A stretch of 64,000 nt of DNA, taken from Octopus sinensis. Lineage: Eukaryota. The stretch is taken from assembly GCF_006345805.1 (NCBI RefSeq), contig NC_042997.1:9734001-9798000 (forward strand), in the 5' to 3' direction. The position numbers and the translations under genes were made by a program. The notes beneath the pieces are model-generated. The model saw only the letters and a program-made list of their open reading frames with translations, was not told the origin of the DNA and did no database searches. This document shows, in pieces, positions 36,761 to 50,444 of the stretch (position 1 is the first letter of the stretch; every line of letters starts with the position of its first letter).

Positions 36761-37775
36761 TCTTCGTAATACTCAAATTAAACATTACTGATAATATAAA
36801 AACTATTTAAAGAAACATTATGACATGAACCGTTCAGAAGGAAGTTTTCGTAGTATAGTGTTTAGTGTATTCGTTGTTATTGCTTTTCAAACGTACATTT
36901 TATGGTGTAATCCGTATAGAGAAAGTTGTTTTTAATACTGGTGTTGACCATTTCTGGTTTAGTTTTTGATTTAGAATTCTTATAAGGTATTAATCTTTTT
37001 ACTTTCGTTCTTGATCATTCTCTTCTGTTATTTTGAAAAAAAGAATATATTTTGAATTTTCCAATTGCACAAATATCTTGGTGTTCAAAAATGGAACACT
37101 TCTAAGATATGAATATTTGTTTCGTTGCTTATCATCCCTAACCCGATGTATTAATTTTGATCTTGTTTGGCTGATATAATTGCCACTGCATTGTGAGCAA
37201 ATGATGCAGTAAATGAGATGTGTTGTTTTAATTTTACATTAGTATTAACATTCAATTCCTTCTCATTCTTTAATCATTTGGCCGCTCTTTGTTTAATTAT
37301 TTCATACCACCCACAACGAGAATCTCCACAGTTTGTCACTTGCATCATTTCTTTCTTTCATATGAATCTCGCCTTTGTTAAGAGTCTTATGAGATTTAGT
37401 GGCTGTTGATAATTTGTGATTCTTTTATTATTTTTCTGAGGTAAAATGATTGATGTAGAATTCGCAGGATATCGGTTTGGCCGAATGTAAGGTGTTATGG
37501 TCTCTAAGATTTTAGATGGCTACAAATGGAATAATTATTTGTTTTTTTGTCTTCACCCTCATTGTGAGGGTTTCACTGAAAGACAAATTTTGGCGTTTCT
37601 TTTGCTTGCTATATGGCAACAATTTATTAAGAGTTTGGGGTGTTTTATCCCAAAGGAATATATTTAGTTCTACCTTTCGTCTCCCACATGAATATACATG
37701 ATATGAATATAAAAAATATCAAATGTATATACATACATATATTTACATATGGATGAGTGCGCGTACGAGTAAGAA

Positions 37776-37822
<47 letters not shown>

Positions 37823-37958
37823 GTGTATGTGTGTGTGCGCGTGTGTTTGTAGGGGGACTGTGTGACTTAAAGGTTGAACAAAAGAAAAATACCCGACATC
37901 GGAAGGTAACGTGCATATAAAGTGCAGTCAGTTATTCATCTAAAACCTAAGGTATCTT

Positions 37959-38187
37959 ATTTCTTTACTGCCCACAAGGGGCTACACGCAGAGGGAACAA
38001 ACAAGGACAGACAAACGGATTAAGTCGATTATATCGACCCAGTTCATAACTGGTACTTATTTAATCGACCCCAAAAGGATGAAAGGCAAAGTCGACCTCG
38101 GCAGAATTTGAACTCAGAACGTAGCGGCAGACGAAACGCCGCTAAGCATTTCGCCCGGTGTGGTAACGTTTCTGCCAGGTCGCCGCC
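37959..38187 (-). mobile_element. SINE family A with 16-bp TSD
   Basis: TSD aaacctaaggtatctt at 37943-37958 and 38190-38205. Confidence 0.92.
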
Positions 38188-38267
38188 TTAAACCTAAGGT
38201 ATCTTGCTGTTAGAATAAGTTTATTGCATTTCGTAATTGCATGGCAATACCAATTGTGAGCTATATA

Positions 38268-38498
38268 TATTTCTTTACTACCCACAAGGGGCTAAACACA
38301 GAGGGGACAAACAAGGACAGACAAACGGATTATGTCGATTATATCGACCCCAGTGCGTAACTGGTACTTAATTTATCGACCCTGAAAGGATGAAAGGCAA
38401 AGTCGACCTCGGCGGAATTTGAACTCAGAAGGTAACGGCAGACGAAATACGGCTACGCATTTCACCCGGCGTGCTAACGTTTCTGCCAGCTCGCCGCC
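38268..38498 (-). mobile_element. SINE family A (independent insertion ~80 bp from the previous copy)
   Basis: Own TSD aattgtgagctatata / aattgttagctatata. Confidence 0.92.
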
Positions 38499-38831
38499 CT
38501 AATTGTTAGCTATATAGTTGATCAAACATCAACTCCCATGTTTGACGAGATTTACAAATGACTCTCTTTGTTATTTTTTTACTTGGAGTTAAGCTTAATT
38601 GAGCATCGCTAATATAAGAGAATGCAATAACTAGAAATGTAACACACTCTCACCTCTTGCCTGGTTTTGTTACTTTCGTTATAACAGTTATATGATGACT
38701 GAGGTTATTCAATCCAGCATCAGTCGTTTCTTGAAAAAGGACATCCTGGCCCTTAATTCAGGAGTGACCGGTCAAAACTTTCAACGTGCACCCCAACTTG
38801 TGATCTCCTAGCTTTCATTTCATGATTTGAG

Positions 38832-38885
<54 letters not shown>

Positions 38886-40910
38886 CATAAACACACACAC
38901 ATTGACACACACACATGTATATATATATATATATATATATATTTATAATGATAAATAGCCATCTGAGAGAGAGAGAGAGAGATACACACGTAATACATAT
39001 ATAAGTATACATATTAATGTTGTGTGTATATATAACACGATACTCCAGCATGGCCGCGGCCCAATGACTGATACAAGTAAGAGATAACTTTTATACACAC
39101 ACATACACACACACTCGTACACACACCCACACGCATATATTATACATAAACTATTGTTTCCATAGCTCGATAACCGGTGAGATAAATTCTATTATTTACG
39201 TAAATTATCTAGCACTAGAGGTATTGTTTTTTTTAGCCCTAAGTCGGCTCTGATTTAATAGGCTTATGGTCAAAGATATTCTTTTCGGTTATGATTTATC
39301 CAGTATTCAATATATCCTTTGATCGTTTTGAAGCAGTAGAGTGTGATATTTGACTGCCATTCCTAGCAGACTGAGGTAGGGAGAGGTTTTGCTCAATTTC
39401 TTATTGGCCCTATGGTATTTGTAGACAGCAAGGGTAAATGAGACTTTAAGGGAGGAGTTACTCCTTGTGGTGAAAAATTATTATCCGATGGAAAAGTAAA
39501 AGGAAACATCGTCTATGAAGCATACATGCGGACTCTTGTGATGTTTCTTGAAAAGAAAAATAGATGTAAGTATTATTGTTAGTTTGTTAGTATTGTTTGG
39601 CACCAACAAGCATAACGATGATCAAAACTTAGCAGTTTTGATTATCTTATCACTTTTAAGTTATAGTGTATATTATATCACATTATGTAATGTATTTTTT
39701 TTATGACGGTAGCATACGAGCATTGTCCGGTAAATTTCTTGGATCTGTAATGTTGATTTGCATGAAAGGTGGACGATAAGTGAGTTGAGAAACTGGCTTG
39801 GGATTAAATGCATCACTGATGTATACATACGCTAATATGAATACGAAATGCAAATGGATGAATAGTGCTAGGTTATAAAATGCCAAATGCTGACAGTGAA
39901 AGGTACACGTTGAAGAGGATCAATGGAAACATGACATGAAGTAGTGTAGGAAGATCTTAAGTTATTTGGATTCACAGACGAGATGCCAAAGGATAGTAAT
40001 GAACGGAGATATGCTGCACGACAAATCTATGAAACCAATTTCAAAATGTACAACTGGATATTTGAAATCACAAATGCGGTAATTATGAATGATAATGATG
40101 ACAAAGACGACGACGGCGGTGGCGGCGACGCTGACGCTGATGTAAGAACGCAAATATTATGTAAATGTTCATTTGTTTCTAATATACACACGGACACACA
40201 TGCACACACATGCAGTTTAAGACACATGAGTATTAAATTCTTTAGTTTGTTTCAGCTTATGATGTCTAAACGGTCGCTATTTGCAGGACTAGATAAATGC
40301 AAAAATACATTTAACTTAGAAGACAAAATTACACAGATCATTCAAAGCGATTGACATCGCAGAGGAATTCAACAGACATTTTAAATTTGTAGACATGTTA
40401 ATTTTATACAATCCATGCAATGCTATCTAGCTAAAATTGAGTTTCAAGATGAAAACATTTCTGCATGTTGAATACCAATTCCATTACGTTTACACAAATA
40501 CTTTGAATGTACAGCTTCTAGTGTATGGAACGTTTGCAGCATTAATGTAATGTAAAAGCAAATGCCTTAGACGAACACAATAGCTTTTAAGAGCCAGTAC
40601 ATAGCTTTGGTTTTAATGGTATAAACCGGATGAAAAACAAATATCTGCGGGACTAGTTACTAGTCTATCGTAGATAAACATTACAGTAACGTCATTACTA
40701 GAAGACATATTGCCTATTACCTGTCTAAAAATAAAACCAAGCAATATAAAATGTATTCAACACAAAAGATAGTGAAACGTTTGCAGTTGATTTGCACTCG
40801 AGGCTTCTGGATAGAGTATACAGTTTTTTAAGTTTTGTGTTCATATTGAGTTGTGGAAGTTAGGTCAACCACACATTTTTTCACTTTTGGTTCTGTTGTT
40901 AATGGATATA

Positions 40911-41141
40911 TATTTCTTTATTGCCCACAAGGGGCTAAACATAGAGGGGACAAACAAGGACAGACAAAGGGATCAAGTCGATTACATCGGCCCCAGTTCG
41001 AAAATGGTACTTTATTTGTCGACCCCGAAAGGATGAAAGGCAAAGTCGATTTCGGCGGAATTTGAACTCAGAACGTAACGGCAGACGAAATACTGCTAAG
41101 CATTTCGCCCGGCGCGCTAACGTTTCTGCCAGCTCGCCGCC
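40911..41141 (-). mobile_element. SINE family A with ~20-bp TSD
   Basis: TSD ttctgttgttaatggatata / ttctgttgttaattgatata. Confidence 0.92.
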
Positions 41142-41519
41142 TTTCTGTTGTTAATTGATATAGTCTTGCGCTGGTTAATATTTTTTTCAATGATTTACGT
41201 TGCATTTTACTTTTGATAATTTTGTGTGAGCCAAAAATTTTGTTCATTGTTTTATTTCCTGTGGGGATGGGTAGATTTTGGATGATAATGTTGAAGGCTT
41301 CGTTGTTTCTAGGGTTATGAGTGGAAATGAGAGTATTTTAAAGTCTGGTGTAGTATTTCGGTTGACTTCCCTTAATGTTCGTATATCTATTTCATTAGCT
41401 CGTTTAATGCCATCATTTATTAATTATATTGGGTAATGTCTTTTGATGAATATTGATCTGAGTTCAAGGAGTCTTTGTTCACGAGTATAGGTTTCCATAT
41501 ATATATATATCATTATAAA

Positions 41520-42820
41520 CGCTAAATTGTCAAACCTATTTCACGATGATTCATGCTTAGTAAAAAAGGAGAAGGTGATCATTTGTTTGAAGGGATTAAG
41601 ATCGCCGGCCTCTTCGGGTTAATTGTGCTGGATACTCTATGGAAATGCACATATCCTCACTGCACAGTTCCTGTAGAATGATGATGGTCTGTCAATCTCA
41701 AACTACATGATCGGCTAAGCCATTGACAAGTTCCGGAAGAATCTAATAATGATCTTCAAAAAACTCAGCTTAACTATAACAGTTACCACCAGTTTGACAA
41801 AGGACTTCTTGGGCGTAACTGTTGACTTGATGATGGGCAAGTACAATCGTTACAGAATGTCCAATGAAGAGACTGTTTATATTCGTGATCACCTCAACCA
41901 CCTTCTAATTTTAATTAGAAATCTTGTGACGGCATCAGCTGAAGAATCTCTCATTAGCCAGCAGACAAAGAAATCTTCAGTTGATCTGTGGCCCACTATA
42001 ACGAGGCATTAACTAAGAGTGGCTTTACTGATAAGTTAGTATATATGGAGAAAGCTCCATCCCCACCCATGAACCCAAAGAGTATTTGAAAAAGAAAATT
42101 AATCTAGTGCAGTCTTCCATTTAACCTAGCTGTTCCACTAACTTAACTGGAGTTTCCTTGATGTTGTTTAAAAAGCATTTCTATACAGCCTATATTGTAA
42201 ACTCTTCCATCTCCGCATTGTCATGATCAACAACTCCTGTTTAGAAAATATTGCTTCAAATATTGTATGCTGCAATAGGCGCAAACTCCAACTTGTAACA
42301 GCAGAAACCCAACCTTCTGCTAACTGAGAGAGTCTTGACTCTCAGAGTAATCCACACACCATCCAGTGGTATTACAAGACACTACACGGGCATGACAGCC
42401 AATAACTTTAAAGGAAGTTATACACAGCGTACGCAATCTTTCAGGTGTAGGGATAAGGAAAACTCCAATTCGCTCTTCCGCTTCATATGGAAATTCCGTG
42501 ATCATCGGAATGACTTCCCAGCATCAAACGGAGCATTATAGACTGAGCCATCTCCTTAAACTCGCAACTGCCAGCTCTGTCTTCGTAAGAGACAATACAT
42601 ATTATACCAACGTATTGTATCTATCAGCAGGAAGAGTGAATTCTCATATTGTTGCCACTAGAGATACACCCTGTTAATGAACGTCAAGCTGACAACTTGG
42701 ATATACCACCCTAGACATAGGTGACCCTATATAAGGGCAGGATATTTAATCCCTATCATTCGTATAGACTGCAACTCATCAATGCTGGTTATGCAATCTC
42801 AGCTGTAACTCAACACTATC
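41520..42820 (+). mobile_element. Decayed Penelope-like element: RT C-terminus and GIY-YIG endonuclease
   Basis: gatgatggtctg (DDGL), DFLGVTVDLMMGKYNRYRMSNEETVYIRDHLNH, and YTGMTANNFKGSYTQRTQSFR...NSNSLFRFIWK (YIG half of GIY-YIG). Confidence 0.75.
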
Positions 42821-44008
42821 AAATTTGGTTACTCCCACTTACAGACTGCTTCTTTTAATGTGTTCATGCTCCCCTGAAGGCTGACGTTAGTATTAACTCG
42901 CCAGAAAAATTTTAAATGGATGAGTTGAGTCAAGCTATTAACATATAACTCCAACCAAATGTCCTGAGTATTACATACTTTTCTTTGTTCACATAAATAC
43001 ATCCATCCTAACATACATACATGACTACATAAATACACACACACGCAAACATACACATACACACATATTGCCTATTCTACATATATTGCGTACACTTTTC
43101 TTTGTTTATATAATTAGTTGAAAATATAATGCCATGATACACACCCATTTGTATGTAAGTTAATACTGTCTATATACTAAAGTTAACGAAAGAAGATCAA
43201 ACAGAGGAGTGAGAATAAAGTAAAGCTCTTGAGAAAAAGAACATAAAAATGGTTTTTGGCACAGAATTTTGCAACCGAGTGAAACATTATCAACCAGTTA
43301 ATTATCAGATACAGAGGGCGAGGTTTTGCTGTAGATAAATAACTGTATTGTAGTCTACTTAGCTGAAAAATATAGTAAACGCATACGAAAGCAACATTAG
43401 AAGGAGAAGATAATATAGCTAAGAAATTTGTTATTAATCAAATTATTCCTGTGTTTAAGGGAAAGTCCTCGGAAAGCATATGCTAAGCTGTTTTATCATC
43501 ACTTAATTACTAGTTCATTTAATACTCTTATTTTAGGATTTTACGATGTTATTTAATGATATTTTGTTCCTAACCTAACACATAATGGTATGGATATAGG
43601 CTATACAATCTGAGTAAATACATATAAATGTTCTTTGTTATAGATATATAATTGTGACAAAACTTTGTAGTAAAAGAATCCAGATTGCCAATGTTTCACT
43701 TTTGTTAATGTAAATACTTTAATATTTTAAATAAGTCAGATAAAATATTAAATTAGATTCATATGTTTTGTATAGTATAATGAAGAGTAAATTCTATAAA
43801 CCAGAATTAATTATGAGCATAATTCTCACTTAGCCAATTTTTACTACTGTAATCTTGTGAGGGAAATTGCACAGTAGTCCTTCGTATGGATGATACCTGT
43901 TTCTTAGTGATTTAACTGCTCTTTCTAGCGTGTAAGGTGACCTGTTAAAGGTCACCTATTTTGTGTATGAATACGTAAGTTATTTGTACACTATTATATA
44001 TATATGTA

Positions 44009-44040
44009 TAGGGGTTGGACAAAATAAAGGAAGCACCTTA
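44009..44040. mobile_element. Isolated Tc1-like terminal repeat
   Basis: taggggttggacaaaataaaggaagcacc resembles a Tc1 TIR. A Tc1 transposase scrap lies at 45360-45450. Confidence 0.45.
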
Positions 44041-44046
44041 AAATTT

Positions 44047-44083
<37 letters not shown>

Positions 44084-44096
44084 GTATATATATATA

Positions 44097-45360
44097 TGCA
44101 AAATAGGACAAGAACGCAAAACATCCAGACAGTTAGGTGATACAAGAAAGGGACAACAAAAAATCCAGATAGACGATACAAAGAAAACAAGAACGGGTCA
44201 TTCTGAGTTTTCTTTCCTCAGCCGAGTTCCAGATTATCTTTGCAATTTCGGCTGGTTATACTCCAGATTGCTCTAATCTGGCCAGCTCCAAGGAAAAACT
44301 AAGGTAAGTGCATTAGATTCCTTAAAAGTAACCAGTGAATGTATATGAAAAGGACAGAAAAAATGGAGAAAGTTACCCAAATACAAATAAGAAGACATAA
44401 CAACGGGTGTCTTTCGACTAAGGACGAATTAAATTAAGCTGGCGAATGTGGAAGTAAAGCCTTACGGCAGGGATACAAGGTTTTACAGGCACAGGGAAGA
44501 ATATAGATGTTGCACGGATAACAGCTGAACCAAGAAAGAAAGAAAGATCAGGCTTGACCGAACGCCAGTCACGTGGGGAGATAAGAGAGAGAGGTAGGGG
44601 CAGAGAGGCAGAAGAAATAAGGAGAGGCGAGAAAAAATGACAGGGACACTGTAAAGTGAAAAGAGGAGGGAAAGTGAGCATGAAGAGAAGGCAAAAGATG
44701 TGAGAGAGGGGGAACAAAAGAATGAAGAGTGGAATGAACGAAATAAGCGTGAAAGGGATAATAGAAAGAAGGAAAGAATAAAAGAATAAAAGAATAGAAT
44801 CGTACAAGATTTAGATAAATATATACTTACATATAAGAGACCAAAGTGTACGTACTCCGCCATATATATATATATAATACAAAATGGGACAAGAACACAA
44901 AACATCCAGACAGTTAGGTGATACAAGAAAGGGACAACAAAACATCTAGATAGATGATATCAAGAAAACAAGGACAGGTCATTCCGAGTTTTTTTTCTCA
45001 GTTGAGTTCCAGATTATCTTTACAATTTCAGCTGGTTATACTCCAGATTGCTCCAATCTGGCCAGTCCGAAGGAAAAATAAGCTAAGAGCATTAGATTGC
45101 TTGGGAAAAAAAAGCAGCGAATGTATACGAAAACGAGGACGGAAAAACGGAGAATGTTACCCAAATACAAATAACAGGACATAATAACAGGTGTCTTTCG
45201 ACTAAGGACGAATTAAATTAAGCTGGCGTGTGTGGAAGCAAAGCCTTACGGCAGTGATACAAGATTTCGCAGGCACAGGGAAGAATATAGATGTTGCACG
45301 GACAACGGCCGAACTAAGAAAGAAACACCGGTCACATGGGGGAGAGAAGAGAGAGGGAAA
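44097..45360. repeat. Two diverged tandem copies (~44097-44590 and ~44878-45360) of a (TA)n-anchored repeat
   Basis: ~480-bp collinear homology with an ~780-bp offset, separated by a purine-rich spacer. A third partial copy lies at 31836. Confidence 0.88.
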
Positions 45361-45452
45361 CCATTGGGCCGGCGGATTTCCAAGATATAGCCCCCCCCCA
45401 TATCATCACAGATCCTCCTCCATGTTTAACAGTTGGAAGAAGGCAGTCTGGG
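45360..45452 (-). mobile_element. Tc1-like transposase fragment
   Basis: LLPTVKHGGGSVMIWG...SWKSAGP (Tc1 PTVKHGGGSVMVWG motif). Confidence 0.8.
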
Positions 45453-45454
45453 TC

Positions 45455-47787
45455 AGCATTGAAAATACTACAGTATGGGAAGATTTTATAGACCAGGTTC
45501 TTCAATGTGCTGTTGAAACACTGGGATATACTACTGTCTGACACAGAGACTGGTTTGATAAAAATAATGCTGAAGTTCAGCAACTATTGGCTCTAAAGGA
45601 CCATACCCACAACGTATTGCTGCACAGAGGATTTTCAGCTGTGCAGCGAAATCTGGCACTTGCCCACTATAGCAGTTTAAAATCACTACTGCAGTGATGC
45701 AGCGCACTTGGTGGGATTTTAAGGCTCGTAATGTTGAAGCTGCTGCTGATGCAAAGACAGCAAGAAGCTTTACCATCTTATGAAGCAAGTTGATGGGCCT
45801 AAGAGCTCCACATCAGCTTCTTCGCTTTCTAAGGAGTTCTTCACTCTATTTACTAAATCAACAGAAACCACAGGTCGTTGGTTTGAACACTTCTCTGAAC
45901 TCCTAAACCATGAGTCAGTTGTGGATGAAACTGATTGATACTATGCAACAAAGACCTATCATTAGCTCCTTAAATTCCACACCCTCAATAGATGAAGTAA
46001 TGACATCAATAAGTAAATTGAATCTTAGTTGGGCACCTGAAAAGGATGGAATATGCACTGAGGTCTTGTGATTTGGTGGTGATTATATCATACAGTCCAT
46101 TCATGAACTTATTAGTACAGTCTGGAGGGATGGTGTAATGTCTTAGGATTGGAAGTGTGCATTTATTCTTCCTCTCTACAAAGGAAAAGGGAGCCAGAAT
46201 AATATGTGGTAACTACAGAGGTATTGCTCTACTATCAGCTGCTGGCAATGTTCTGACAAAAATTCTCCTTACTCGCCTGAATGGGTGTCTCGTAAATGAT
46301 GTCCTATCTGAATCTCAATGTGGCTTCCAGTCTGGTAGAGGGACAATGGATATGATTTTCACAGCAAGACTGATGCAAGAGAAGTGCTATGAGCAGAATA
46401 TGGATCATGTCCAGGTATTTATTGATTCAACGAAGGCCTTTGATACTGTGAAGAGAGCCTTGCTATGGAAAATACTTGGCAAAGTTGGATGTCCGGATCA
46501 TTTTGTATCTATAATTAAATCCTTTCATGATGGGATGGAGGCTTGGGTCAATGTTGGTGGTGGCATGGCGGGGTCCATTCCTGTAGAGAATGGTGTCAAG
46601 CAAGGTGACATCCTTGCCCCACCTTTCTTTTCTTTGTACTTTGCTGCTGCTTTTACTAATGCTTTTGCTAAGGTTAGCTCTCTGTGAATATATGTCAGGT
46701 ATCGATCTTCTGGCCACCTCTTTAATCTGCGCCGATTTGCTGCCAATTCAAAAGTTTTTCAATCTCTTGTTCGTGACCTCCTTTATGCAAATGACTCTGA
46801 CTTAGTCACTCATACAGTGGATAACATGCAGTTACTTATGAATCGTATTTCTGTTTCTTGCAAGGCGTTTGGATTCAGCATTAGCCTGGACAAGACTGTT
46901 CTAATGTTCCAGCCTGCACCAGGAAATCCATAAGTAGAACCAGCTATCTTGGAACAATTCTGAAAGTAGTAGACAAGTTTGTCTACCTGGGCAGCACGCT
47001 CAGTCGTTCTTGCTCCCTGGATGATGAAATATATTTCAGGCTGCAGAGAGCAACTGATTCCTTCCGGTCTCTTCAGTCTTGTGTCTGATCCCAGCATGGC
47101 ATCACAAAACAAACAAAAATTGCTGTGTACCGTGCACGTGTACTGACATCGCTCCTTTACTTATGTGAGACATGGACCCTTTACAAACGTCATTTAAGGA
47201 TCCTTGAACGATTTTATCAGAGATGTCTCAAACACATTCTGAATGTTGGCTAAACCTTAAAAACTCCAGACACACATGCCCTGAGGACAGCTGATATCTT
47301 GAGTAATGAGACGATGGTGCACAAGTACCAGTTACTGAGGACTAGACACCTTATTAGAATGAAGGATAACAGGATTCCTAAGCAGATGCTATACTGGGAA
47401 CTTGTGAATGGAAAGAGACCCCGGCAGAAACCAAAGCTGCGATTTAAGGACTATGTGAAGACGTCATTAAAGACCTGTGATATGGAGGAGACTGACTGGG
47501 AGAGCAATGCCTGTCATCGCCATAGATGGAGGAAGCAGGTTAAGGAGAGGGTTGACACTTTTGATAGAGCACGTATTCTGCAGGAAGAACTTAAGCGTGC
47601 TACTCGAAAGCGCACTGCTGGTGTAGGGAAAGCTTGGTCTGTAATGCTTGCAATCGTGTATGCTTGTCAAGAGCAGGGCTTATTAGCCATCAACGGAGCC
47701 GCAAATGCAAAATATAAGTTAGTCCTAGATCGCACAATGTTCTTGAAGGTCAGCAATGGTCTTCCTTGGTCACGAGAGGTCGGCCAT
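45455..47787 (+). mobile_element. 5'-truncated RTE-clade LINE (RT to 3' end), decayed
   Basis: CGNYRGIALLSAAGNVL, LSESQCGFQSGRGTMDMIF, FIDSTKAFDTV, GVKQGDILAP, LLYAND and RIPKQMLYWELVNGKRPRQKPKLRFKD. Confidence 0.92.
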
Positions 47788-48618
47788 ATGTGTGTGTGTG
47801 TGTGTGTATGTGTGTGTGTGTGTGTGTGTGTAGATGTCTTCGAATGTGATACTCGCAACTATATATTTTTTGCCCAGTTTCGTTTAATTTATGCAAATTA
47901 CCTAGACCATAAATATGTTCTCTTTTAGTGTACGTCTGTGTTCCAAGGCTGCTGGAGATAAGTTAGGGCAAGTGTCGCGATGACGACGCCTACTGCGGTA
48001 GAAACACGAGTCCCCGACTGTCCTCTTATCTCAAGACAATAATCCTGGTTTTTTCCTTCCTCAATGGCATGTCATCTTTGGAGAACTTTCGATTCTTGTG
48101 ATTATCTCCCTACTTATGCAGAGCTGTTCTCAATTACTGCTTAGTAATTGTGACGCAGTTTCTAGCGTCGGAGAAATATTTATAAATCAAGAATGTAGGC
48201 TGCATTGTATTTGACATACCCTCATTTGTCTATGTCGTTCATATACACGCCGCTGGCCACTCTGAGCTATTTCTCGAAGATTATTTTTGTTAAATATTCA
48301 CATATATACATGTATATTCCTCTTCATACTAGTAAACATTGATCGAAGGCGTTAAAAGAATCTAAAAGAAGCTTTGCTTTTCTATACTTGGAATATATTT
48401 ATCTCTAGGTATATATAGAAGTATGTATGACTACATGAGTATGTAAATACAGATGTGTACATATACAAAGACCATGCAATTACTGCGATACCTGTGTTCG
48501 TATATGTGTATGTCATAAACTATAAATATAACACAAGCATTCGCAGATATTCTTACACACACATATACACATACACATACACATATATACACTTACATAC
48601 GCACATGCATGGATATAA

Positions 48619-48697
<79 letters not shown>

Positions 48698-49515
48698 AAT
48701 ATAAGTTTATAAGTTATAAGCTTATACATGAACACACATGCATGTGCACACACATACATAAGCACGCACACTCATATATGTATACCTATATGCACATATC
48801 AGACCAAATGCGTCACGCACTTTGAAAGTTAGCGTGGGGAACGGATTTGATTTAGTTTCTTTAAGCCACAAGAGACTAACAATGAAGTAGAAAGTGTTCT
48901 TCAGAGAAGCACTCAGAAAATTATAAATGTATATAATTTTCAGCGTGTGTATCTACATGAAGGAATCTTAAAAATAGATGGCAGGGAAAGGTCACTGTAA
49001 TTTCTATGTGTTATGCCAACGTGAGCACGTTTTGTTTGCTAAACAAAGACAAAATCATCAAGTACCTTCTGCAGTCTTTTCTGCTTTGGGCTGCACAGTG
49101 ATTACACTGTTATTTTCAAGTCTGAACAAGTATATCACAAAAGAGATTTTTCTTGCTTTATGTGAGTACGTGGGTGTATTAACTGTGTGGATGCTTTATA
49201 CACACACACACATGTGTATATACACACATACACTCACACACACATATACATATATAGCGTGTGGGGGGGGTGTGTACTTCCTTCCTCACCTAACAGAATA
49301 TACAGAAGTGTGTACACGTGTGAGTAAATACATATATATTTTCTTGGTTTAAAAATACGTCTGTGATGAAAACTTGTAGTTAAAAATCAGATTTATGACA
49401 TATCTGTATGCATGTACACACCTATATCTGTCCTCACGCGCGCACAAATGTACACACACTCACACACAATTATATATGTAAATATTGTGATAGAGAAATA
49501 GGGAGTGATTGCGAA

Positions 49516-49712
49516 GGCGGTGAGCTGGCAGAAACGTTAGCACGCCGGGCTTTATGTCTTTATGTTCTGAGTTCAAATTCCACCGTGGTCGACTTTACTT
49601 TTCATTCTTTCGAGGTCAATAAATTAAATACCAGTTGCATACTGGGGTCGATCTAATCGACTAGCCCCCTCCCCCAAAATTTCGGGCCTTTTGCCTTGAA
49701 TAGAAAAGAATA
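49516..49712 (+). mobile_element. SINE family A, alternative 3' tail, with TSD
   Basis: TSD aatagggagtgattgcga / aatagtgagtgattgcga. Tail cgactagccccctccccc...gaaaagaa. Confidence 0.88.
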
Positions 49713-49956
49713 GTGAGTGATTGCGATAATGACATAGGATAAACAAAGAGACAGTAAGAGAAAAAGTGAGAGATTGATATAACTATAAATGTTCATAATT
49801 AAATAGATTCATTGAATAATTAACTTCTATTACAGTAAATGTGTCTCTGATGAAAATACTATATTAGAATCTTACAGGCTACTTGGTGTACTTCTCCACT
49901 GAAAGATGAATTTTTTTACTGTAAGTTGGCATTTATATAGATACTATATTTCATAA

Positions 49957-50444
49957 TCTATTATATAAAATCCGTTCTGTCTGTCTGTGTGTGTGTGTCT
50001 TCTAGGATCTCGGGCATCCTCCATCCGATTGCGCTCAAATTTGATGTGTAGATACCGACGGTATCAGGGCGTGTATAAGTCTTGAAAACATTACAAACAT
50101 CGATTCCAGGTGAGAATGCGATCGATAAAGCCGTGGGAACATGTATTTGTACGCGCAAGTACATCAGCTGTTGCGATCGATACTACGCGTACGCGAGAAA
50201 AATGCACGTGCAGTTTGCACAAAAAAAGCCGGCTGGCTTGAAATAATGCCACAAAATGCAGTATATTTAAGAGACCAAAAATGTCTATCTTTATTTCTTC
50301 TTTTGCTGGTGTCTCAAATTTAGGTTAAATCAGTATTTCTCAAAAGGGAGGCCTATGAGACGGTCGGACAAGTTGTTTTGAGAACATTTGGTTTAAATGT
50401 TTGACAACTCAGCACCGTCCACGGGACGGGGGACGTTTTGCTCG
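49957..50444 (+). mobile_element. Non-autonomous Helitron
   Basis: 5' A|TCTATTATATAAAA followed by a (CTGT)n/(GT)n tract. 3' GC hairpin ccgtcc-ac-gggacgg ~11 nt before CTCG|T (CTRR variant). A|T target with no TSD. Confidence 0.7.

Noticed and set aside
42765-42815. Decayed hammerhead after the second PLE remnant (ctcatca atgctgg...tcagc tgtaac)
   Set aside because: Three core mismatches are required. The position is suggestive but the sequence alone cannot support it.
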